Below are positions 52,155-61,973 of a stretch of 64,000 bases of DNA, piece after piece. A program made the position numbers and the translations under genes. The stretch is from Octopus vulgaris (taxonomy: Eukaryota): assembly GCA_951406725.2 (NCBI GenBank), contig OX597823.1, positions 33,480,001 through 33,544,000 of the forward strand, given 5' to 3'. The stretch's first letter is position 1. Each line of letters starts with the position of its first letter. The notes beneath the pieces are model-generated. The model had not been told where the DNA came from. It worked only from the letters and a program-made list of their open reading frames with translations, and made no database searches.

Positions 52155-52385
52155 TCTTTTACTTGTTTCAGTCATTAGACTGTGGCCATGCTGGGGCAGC
52201 ACCTAGAATAATTTATTTTTTTTAGTTGAATGAATCAACCCCAGCACTTATTATTTATTAAAGCCCTGTACTTATTCTATTAGTCTATTTTGCTGAAGTG
52301 CTAAGTTATGAGGACAGACATAATCCCACCAACACTGATTGTCAAGTGGTTGTGGGGGACAAACACAGACACAAAGACACACACA
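52155..52385 (-). mobile_element. SINE family A 3' half
   Basis: tttacttgtttcagtcatt..gactgtggccatgctgg..cttattctat..ctaagtta..gtcaag. Confidence 0.8.
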
Positions 52386-52396
52386 TAGCTATATAA

Positions 52397-52448
<52 letters not shown>

Positions 52449-52453
<5 letters not shown>

Positions 52454-52836
52454 AGGGTGAAAAAATTGGATATTAATTTAATAACATCAATTTAACACCA
52501 AGTGGTCTAGCGCATAAAAACTAGGATTCAGTAAATATTAATACACAAATATAAGAGAGAATCCTTGAGAACAATTCTTGGTGGTTGAGACCATTGCGGA
52601 TCTATTTTTAGCGCAAGGGCGTCCACATAGTGGATTCTCTCTTATATTTGTGTGTATATTACTCTTTTTACTCTTTTTTTACTCTTTTTATATATATATA
52701 TATAACCACCAAGAATTGTTCTCAAGGATTCTCTCTTATATTTGTGTATTAATATTTACTGAATCCTAGTTTTTATGCGCTAAACCACTTGGTGTTAAAT
52801 TGATGTTATTAAATTAATATCCAATTTTTTCACCCT

Positions 52837-52841
<5 letters not shown>
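52449..52841. repeat. Near-perfect 138-bp inverted repeat (foldback element) within (TA)n
   Basis: Arms 52449-52586 and 52704-52841; only one mismatch noticed. Confidence 0.9.
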
Positions 52842-52861
<20 letters not shown>

Positions 52862-52874
<13 letters not shown>

Positions 52875-53655
52875 GGCAGTTTGTCTGTCTGTGTGTCTGT
52901 CAGATTGTACCCTCACCCTGACCACGGCTTTCAACCGATTCTGATGAAACTTGACACACACGTAGCCCAATGTCATAATTCAAAACTAACGCAGCGAAAA
53001 TTTTGAAAAGTTCACCCAGTTCTGAAAAAGAATCGATAAATTCGACATGGGTCGAGAATCTAAGCTTTTTATATGCAACACATTTTCTACAGACTGTCTA
53101 GGGGACGCAGCTCGACCTTTTTAACTCTCGGAACACGTGGGGTAAGTATCCCAAAATGTATAAAAATATACAAAAACGGCAAAAAAGCGGGCAGCAATGT
53201 GAGTGACAACAACGAAAAAGTCAAAAGTTACCAAACTGAACAAACGAATGGAAAAGGATTTTTTGGTGCACACGACAAAAGCGGTTTATAATAAACCAAG
53301 AGTTTGCAAGTAGCGTCCGAGGACCCTTAGGGTACGTCAAAAATTTAAGGTAAAACGTTTGGTATGGTAGTTATAAAGAAAGTGTAAACAAAAAATGTAT
53401 TCGAATAACTTGCGGCTGCAGCAGCTATTAGCAGAAGTGGCAGTGTTGGGGTAAAGTCTCGAATGTAATTTCTTCCTGGTAGGAATTGGTTGGGTTGAAT
53501 TATCGATATCTGTTTGATAGTTATTTGGGAGTGAAGAGAAGAAATTGCAACCTACACATGTGCCTTCGTTCCCTAGAGGGAAAGGACTAGATTGGGATTA
53601 GTCGTTGCCTACTGGGGGCTCTTACATACCCGGGCAACGCCGGGCTATGCTGCTA

Positions 53656-53656
<1 letters not shown>
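52862..53656 (+). mobile_element. Non-autonomous Helitron
   Basis: 5' (TA)nAAACGG..(gtct)n..ccgattctgatgaaacttgacac; 3' CCCGG-gcaacg-CCGGG hairpin then tgCTAG|T. Confidence 0.8.
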
Positions 53657-53705
<49 letters not shown>

Positions 53706-54071
53706 TGACACTCAGTCGGTTACGACGACGAGGGTTCCAGTTGATCCGATCAATGGAACATCCTGCTCGTGAAATTAACGTGTAAGTGGCTGAGCACTCC
53801 ACAGACACGTGTACTCTTTACGTAGTTCCCGGGGAGATTCACGTGACACAAGTGTGACAAGGCTACGACAGAAACAGGAAGAAAGAGTGAGGGAAAGTTG
53901 TGGTGAAAGCGTACAGCATAGTTCGCCACCCCTCAGCCCACCCCCTCGCCAGATCCTCGTGCAGCTTTAGGTGTTTTCGCTCGATATACACTCACAACGC
54001 CCGGTCTAGGAATCGAAACCGCGATCCTACGACCGCGAGTCGCTGCTCTAACTATTGGACCATTGCACCTC

Positions 54072-54072
<1 letters not shown>
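53706..54072 (-). mobile_element. SINE family C
   Basis: Homologous to 47824-48142; head GGAGGTGCAATGGTCCAATAGTTAGAGCAGCGACTCGCGGTCGTAGGATCGCGGTTTCGATTCC. Confidence 0.85.
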
Positions 54073-54153
<81 letters not shown>

Positions 54154-54385
54154 AACCTACGTATACGTACATACTTACATGTGTATACGTATATACATAT
54201 GCATATGTAGGCACAGGACGTCATAAAACGTAAACAACAAAAAATACGAAGTACGAAGACATGGAATATGAACTTTCTTTGCAAGCAACGAAAGAAACAA
54301 ATGGAAAACAACACAAAGAACGACCCTTCATCAGTTGTCGGCTGTTTTTCTTATCCGTACACACACACACACACACATACACAGA

Positions 54386-54770
54386 GGCGCAGGAGTGTTG
54401 TGTGGTAAGTAGCTTGTTTACCAAGCACATGGTTCCGGTTTCAGTGCTACTGCGTGGCACCTTGAGCAAGTGTCTTTTAATATAGTCTCGGTCCGACCAA
54501 AGCCTTGTGAGTGGACTTGGTCGACGGAAACTGAAAGAAGCCCGCCGTATATATATGTGTATGTGTCTGTCTGAGTTTGTCCCTCCACCATCGCTTGACA
54601 ACTGATGGAGGTGTGTCTACGTCCCCGTAACCTAGCGGTTTGGCACTAAGAAGCCGAAAGAATAAGTATTAGGCTCACAAAGAATAAGTCCTGGGGTCGA
54701 TCTGTTCGACTAAAGGCGGTGCTCCAACATGGTCGCAGTCATTTGACTGAAATTAATAAAAGAATAAGAG
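54386..54770 (+). mobile_element. SINE family A
   Basis: Full-length match. Confidence 0.88.
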
Positions 54771-57562
54771 AATATATATATAATTTTTGCAATAGTAAAT
54801 CTCGAAGTACATAAGGCTATAAATAATAGCGTGCAAATATTGGGTTAAAAACATTCCTTGGATAGAAAAAGTCGAAAACGTCTCATAGGACTGAAACCGT
54901 ATTGCTTATAAACGTGACAGGCATAACTCGTCGACTTTATCTTTTATTGAAACTTTATTCTTACCAACGAGAGTTGCATGACGTTGGAGTCATAAAAATT
55001 TATAAACTTTGAGAGGACGGGAAACGTTTACGGGAGACGTGAGTTCGAGCCTCACGGGTATCCTTACACTTTTTCTAAGACTTTTTACGGCCAAGTATTT
55101 ACACATTATTGTTTATAGCTTTATCTGATTCGTGATCTACCGCCACAGAAACGTATTATTTCACGTTCTCTCTGACAATTATATATTTCGGAGATGAATT
55201 TTTCTGAGAAGTGGTTTAATTGCAGACAGTGTATCGAAGCCAAAACGATTACAAATATTACGCATTGAGAATCACACAAAGACTGTGAGCTTATATATAA
55301 GCCCCTGGTCTTTGTGTGTCTCCAGCCATTTGCTGTGGAACTGTGTCACTGACCCGATCGCTGTTAGCACGGCAACAAATTTAATACCAAATGATAAACG
55401 TATGATTAAAAATAATTGTTTTGGAATAGCAAATATGTCTTCCACTCACACACACACACATACATACACACACTTACACACACATACATACACATATACA
55501 CACCCACATACACGCATACACACATACATACACACTTACACACCCACATACACACCCACATACACACCCACACACATACACACACGCGTATACACTCACC
55601 CGCATACACTCACCCGCATACACACGCGCGCGCTCACACAATTTATTTCAGGTATATATTTCATTTAATAGAGGTGTTACGTGGTTGCGTGATTGCGTGA
55701 TTAAGAATGTCACATCATGCTCAACAACAACAATAAAGGCAGTCACTTGTCATTTTAAGCGAGAAACGTCGAGAATAAGTCATTTCGGTGCTTCAGCGTA
55801 ACAAGGTCCACATGAAATTAAAAGCGCTTACTTGGTCAAAAGAACGTAGTGAAAGTGTTTTCCTACAAAATGAAACTATCCAGGAATAAAATACGAATAA
55901 TGAACTTTAGAACACCTGCGAGACATCATTAAGCATCCCGTGTAATGTTTCCATTATAGCAACTTTATTTACAAAATAAATTAATGAAATGCATTATTAA
56001 TGTGAGCAAAACATGCTTGTTAGCTACTCAGGTATATCAAGTGTTAATTCATACAAGGTTGCAACGATAACACAGCAAATACACAAGACACAATGCAAAA
56101 TTAAAGGTTCTGCAAAATTAAAGGTTTATCACATTCGACTTGTTGTTTATGGTGAAGACCTGCATTACACAAACGGATGTCTGTGAAAGTGTATCAAAAG
56201 AGTTTATTGCAAAAGACTGTCATTGAAACTACAGGACATTTCCCTAGTAAATTATCTTCCATGTAATTCAAGTTCAGATGAGCGCCTGAAACTGTGAGAT
56301 TTACAGAAATAGATTTAGTGAAGGATTTCCTGGTCTTTCAAAAATACTTGCGATTTTTTGTTTTGTTTTGCTTTACAAAGAAGAAGCACTTTCAGTTTTT
56401 GACCCGGAAAACATATACATTTTGCAAGACAGATACTTGCTCTGTAATGGAATCTTAGAAACGAAGAAGCGCTGACGTCTCTAATTAAAAAAAAATGATT
56501 ACGAAGTGTAAACAGATATACGATCATTGATTTTAAAGTTTTCAGAAGAGAAAAAGAAATAATCTCCCTTCTTGTGAATGTGTGTGCGTGTGCATGTGGG
56601 TGTATATGTGTGTGTGTGTGTAGATATGTGCATACATACATACATACATACATACATACATACATACATACATACATACATACATACATACATACATACA
56701 TACATACATACGTACATATATACATAAGTACATAAATGCCAACATGTCATTTTAATCTGCGCAGATTAAGATGACACGATTCTTCTTTTTTCTCCACCAT
56801 GTGTGTGTGCGTTCGTGTGTGTGTGTGTGTGTGTGTGAGTGTGTGTGATTGTTTGTTTGTGTGGGTGTGTGTGTGTCGGTGTGTGTACAAACACATAAAT
56901 GCACACACAACCACATACGCACATACGTACACATGCATAGAGATATAAAATAAAAAGAAAATGGTGGCTTCATGAGTGTCACCGCTAAATTTCATGCTTC
57001 TGATTCTTCAAATACTTGTAGTTGGTAGGAATCTAATTTTCCTATACTGCTCTGAGAGTAAAGCCTAACGAGAAATTGCAGTTTAATGATATAAATTCCA
57101 ACCATCTCTTACCAATCCTAAGAAAAATATTTTGCAATATATGTGACGTTTGTCTTCTGGAGAGAAGTCATAGAATTCTACAGCCCATTATTACAATGAT
57201 GCATTGCAAGATAGAATACTCTACAGCATGTTAAAATGCCCGTTCTAATATTGCCAAGGTTCTTTAAACTATATAAATAAATAGTCCCCCTAGTACATAT
57301 ACCCTACAAGACCGTCAATAGGAACAAAGTCAAGGTGACATATAGTTGCATCAATAACTTCGCTGCTTTTATAGGAGTATAAATAAACATAATGTTTCCA
57401 ATGCGGACGTGCAAAAAGCGCTTTTTTAATGCAATTTTAACAACTCTAATATTATATTCTCAAAGATATATTTCTAAAACATTATATAAGTGCGCGTGTT
57501 TACATATAAGTTGGTATATACGTGTATATGAATACAAACATATAAATATATGTATATATAGT

Positions 57563-59365
57563 ATCGTCATCACCATCATCATCATCATCATCATTTAACT
57601 CCGTTTTCCATGCCAGTTTGACAGAAGCTGGTCAGCTGAAGAGCTACTCGGGTTCCCTGTGTTGGCATGGTTTCTACGGCTGGATGCCCTTCCTAACGCC
57701 AACCATTTTACAGAGTGTATTAGGTGATTTTACGCTGCACGGGCATGGGTGCATTTACATGGCACCGGCAGCCATGAGCCCATGAGACTCGGATCGCTCG
57801 ACTGAAGAGGGACGCAGGAGACATGCCTGTATGTAAGGACAACCACGATTTTACTTAGCTTGACGTGCCTTTTCAATTACAGCAAACCTCCAGAAGTTTA
57901 GGTCCCTTGTCATCCTCTCTGTGAGGCCTAACACCTGAAGATTCTTTCTCACTACTGCATTCCACATCTTCATGGGTCTACCTCTTCCCTACGTTCTGTT
58001 CAGAATGAGAGAGTCACACTTCTTGATGCAACTGTTTTCATTCAAACGCATTACATGACCGTACCAGATACTATTTCTGATACTCTGCATACACAGTTTT
58101 TGCTCTCAAATCATCTACACTCTGTCGTATATGCACACTGACATTACTCATCCAGCGGAGCATGCTGTCTTAATTCATTTCTAGTCTTCGTATGTCTTCA
58201 CAGCCCATGTCTCAATGCCATGTAGCATAGCTGTTCGCACACAAGCAACATACAATTTGATTTTCACTCTGAGGGAAAGGCCCTTCGTTACTAACAGAGG
58301 TAGTAGTGCTCTGAACTTTGCCCTGCCCATTTTTATTCTAGCAGCTATTGTTTTCGGAATAACTTCCACCACTGCTAATTTGGTCATCTAAATGACGGAA
58401 ACTGTCTACTACTTCTAAGGAACTTTTCTGATTGAAGAGTTTATATTTTGTGCATTCCTGGTGTTTAATGTGCCTGCACATTTTCAAGATGTAAAGACTA
58501 TTTTCTCTGTTAATCTTCCAGTGATACCATTGCAGCTCTTATGTGTCTATAGCTTGCACTGGGTGCGCCTTGTGGAGTTTTTCCTGACACTTTTTCTACA
58601 CATTGAGCAGGGCCATCTCCCTGAAGGGAGCCGTAATTTGTCTGTTTTCCTACTTATCAATACTTTGGTCTTTGCTAAAGGTCCTTTGATTCCAGACTTT
58701 GTTTCCGTACCTGAAATTTCTTCTCTAGTTCTCGTAGTGATTCATCCACAAGAACAAGGTCATTGACACAGAGAAGCTCCCAATGGTGCCTCTCTTAAAT
58801 TCCTGTTATAGCTTTGATAAACAAGAGAGGGCTGAGAACCGATCCCTGGTGAACCCCTACTTGTACACTAAATTCCTTACTACACTCATTGGCAACTCTC
58901 ATCTTACTAGCAGCATCTCTCTATATGGCTTGTACAACTCTCACCAACCACTCATCTATCTCAAGCTTTCGCATTGTCTGCCAGATAAGGGAGCAGAGAA
59001 CCCTGTCAAAGGCTTTCTCCATGTCAACAAAAGCCAAATACATATTTTCGGCCAAGTATTTCTCTTGCAGCTGTTTCACCTGAAGGATAGCATCAGTGGT
59101 GCTTCTGCCTGTCACAAATCCAAATTGTATCCCATATATGCTCTCTTCCTAATTAATTGAGTTATGACCCTTCCTGTGACTCTCATCACCTGGTCCAGTA
59201 ATCTGATGTCTCTGTAATTATTTCTGTTTAAGGCATCACCTTTGCATTTGTAGCGGTTGACTACGATACTGCTACACCGATCGTTGGGTGTAGATGTATC
59301 GTAGACCACCTGATTAACAATACGCGTGACTAGGTCATATCCCATACGCCCGATATTTTAATATT
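57563..59365 (-). mobile_element. RTE-clade LINE, 5'-truncated and decayed, with 3' tail and (GAT)n
   Basis: YKCKGDALNRNNYRDIRLL, GRSTTDAI, AFVDMEKAFDRV, VGVHQGSVLSPLLF, KTKVL, KLYVACVRTAMLHGIETW; 3' gttggcgttaggaagggcatccagccgtagaaacc; (GAT)n tail. Confidence 0.9.
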
Positions 59366-59575
59366 TTAAGTGTGTGTGTGTGTGGAAAGGAAAGGAGAGA
59401 AAGAGAGAGAGGGGGGAGAGGAAGGGAAGGAGAGAAACATGTCTACAAACCGAATATTGTGGATTCTACTACACTTTGAAGGCCCAGCGCTTGTATCAAA
59501 CCGGTTAAACAGGGTGGCAGTTAATCATGTGTGTATGTGTGTGTGTGTATACTATATGTGCATATATATATATGA

Positions 59576-59610
<35 letters not shown>

Positions 59611-59633
59611 TGTATGTGTGTGTATAGTATATG

Positions 59634-59686
<53 letters not shown>

Positions 59687-59807
59687 ATGTGTGTGTGTAT
59701 AGTATACGTAAATATATATATAGTATATATGCACACATATAAACATACAAAAATATATATATACACACATACTACATATATATATACTATATATATATAT
59801 GCTATAC

Positions 59808-60010
59808 TCTTTTACTCTTTTACTTGTTTCAGTCATTTGACTGTGGCCATGCTGGAGCACCGCCTTTAATCGAGCAACTCGACCCCGGGACTTATTCTTT
59901 TGTAAGCCCAATACTTATTCTATCGGTTTCTTTTGCCGAACCGCTAAGTAACGGGGACATAAACACACCAGCAATGCTAGGGGGACAAACACAGACACAC
60001 AAACACATAC

Positions 60011-60054
<44 letters not shown>

Positions 60055-60280
60055 TAAATTTATATATATATATATATAAATTTAAATTTTTTAAATATAC
60101 ATATATATATATATATGCGACAGGCTTCTTTCAGTTTCCGTCTACCAAATCCACTCACAAGGTTTTGGCCGGCCCGAGGCTATAGTAGAAGACACTTGCC
60201 CTAGGTGCCACGCAGTGGGACTGAACCCGGAACCATGTGGTCGGTAAACAAGCTACTTACCACACAGCCACTCCTGCACC
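59808..60280 (-). mobile_element. SINE family A, full-length
   Basis: Reverse match from head to (AAAAGAGT)n tail. Confidence 0.9.
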
Positions 60281-60743
60281 TATATATATATATTTATACT
60301 ATATACTGCGCCTATATATATATTTATACTATATACTATATATATTTATACAGCATGGCCGCAGCCTTCGGGCTAAAACATTCTAAAGGATTTAAAAGAT
60401 ATATGTCATATATATATATGGATTAACTGTTGAAGTGGACGGACGTCTATTTGTTTCTCTCCCAAGTCAGTAGCAAGCTACACAGCTTCAAAACTAACTG
60501 ACCTTAAATATATATATATATTTGTAACCACGTGTTTGCCTACAAACCCGTTGGTACGTTTTCATTTAACTACAAATTGTTATATACACCTGTTTTCCTT
60601 TTAATATCCTCAAACAACCAAATAATCAAAAACTCACACCCTTAAGAGAGAACATTTATATATATATACACTTCTTTAACTCCCAAGAAAGAATATATAT
60701 ATTTTCAAAAATCAAAAGGAAAACAAACAAAAGAAAAACAAAC

Positions 60744-61973
60744 ATGACTAACTTGCAGGCCTGCAACAGACGAAATTGGTCTGATAACGAAATTGATGTT
60801 TTAATAAACAAATGGTTCTCTCTTTCCCAAACAGAAAATCTAAATGTCTTGTGTTTGAATGAGATTGCCGAAAAAACATCACAAGCGGTCAACACACGAT
60901 CCGTCAAACAGATTCGTAGCAAGCTGAAACATATCGAAGTATCTTTCAAACTGATAAAAGGCCATTATGAAAAGCTTCTTCATATTTTCACAGTTCAAGA
61001 ACAACAGCTAGAAAATCAGCAGCCACAACAACAACAACAACAGAATGAGCCACTCCTGGTTCCCAGCACAATGGCTGACCCTAACATCGGTCAAGCACAA
61101 CAACAACAACAACAACAGCCACAGCAACAAGAACAACAACAGCCACTCCTCAACTCTAGCTTACTAGATGATTCACTAAATGCCAGTATCTTTTCACCGC
61201 TCTCACAGCAACCACTACAATTATCATCATCATCATCACCACCGCTGCCACCATCGTCTTCTATCACCAAAAATACCAACAGAAAACCAAATAAGAAACC
61301 ACTGCCCTCTTCCCCCACATCACCACCTCAATACTACTGCAGTAACAAAAACTTAAAGAAACATAGGAAGCAGAATGCGCCCCCCACGGCACAAACAAGA
61401 AATCCCCAAATATGCCGCTATTCACTGCGCCAGAGACTCTGCACAAATAGTGACTGCATCTTCACGCATCTACCCGGCACTAGACGCACTACCGGCCAAG
61501 GCCAAAGCACGCATCCCACAATAACATCAACACCACCAAATAGTAAATCGAAATTCAAAACACACACAACTCGGAGTCCCAAAATCTGCCGGTATTCCCA
61601 ACGTGAGAGAACATGTCTACTGAGTGACTGTCCCTTCACTTATCTTCCAGGGACCCGACGCACAAACAGAAACGGGGCTTCAAGCCAACACACAAACCTG
61701 AATAACAATAAAAATAGAAACACACCATGCTGCAGTAATGCTGGTCCAGTCTTTTCAGGAAGACACAAAAACAACAACAACAAAAGTGGAAACTACAACC
61801 CTATCCAACAGTGCAACCACACCTCCAGCCAAAAACTGCTCCCTAAGCAGGAAAATTCTTTTTTAGCCATGTTGAACATGGCAAAAGAGATACACAAAAA
61901 CATTCTAGCCATCACTCAACACCATCCTATGCTATTACCCCAGTGCACCAATTCCCCACATTGCTGCCACTAA
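60744..61973 (+). CDS. LINE ORF1 protein: Myb/SANT-like N-terminus, poly-Q/S/P linker, two CCCH-type fingers
   Basis: 409-aa ORF; NWSDNEIDVLINKW..RSVKQIRSKLKHIEVSFK; CRYSLRQRLCTNSDCIFTH and CRYSQRERTCLLSDCPFTY repeats. Confidence 0.85.
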   Translation: MTNLQACNRRNWSDNEIDVLINKWFSLSQTENLNVLCLNEIAEKTSQAVNTRSVKQIRSKLKHIEVSFKLIKGHYEKLLHIFTVQEQQLENQQPQQQQQQNEPLLVPSTMADPNIGQAQQQQQQQPQQQEQQQPLLNSSLLDDSLNASIFSPLSQQPLQLSSSSSPPLPPSSSITKNTNRKPNKKPLPSSPTSPPQYYCSNKNLKKHRKQNAPPTAQTRNPQICRYSLRQRLCTNSDCIFTHLPGTRRTTGQGQSTHPTITSTPPNSKSKFKTHTTRSPKICRYSQRERTCLLSDCPFTYLPGTRRTNRNGASSQHTNLNNNKNRNTPCCSNAGPVFSGRHKNNNNKSGNYNPIQQCNHTSSQKLLPKQENSFLAMLNMAKEIHKNILAITQHHPMLLPQCTNSPHCCH

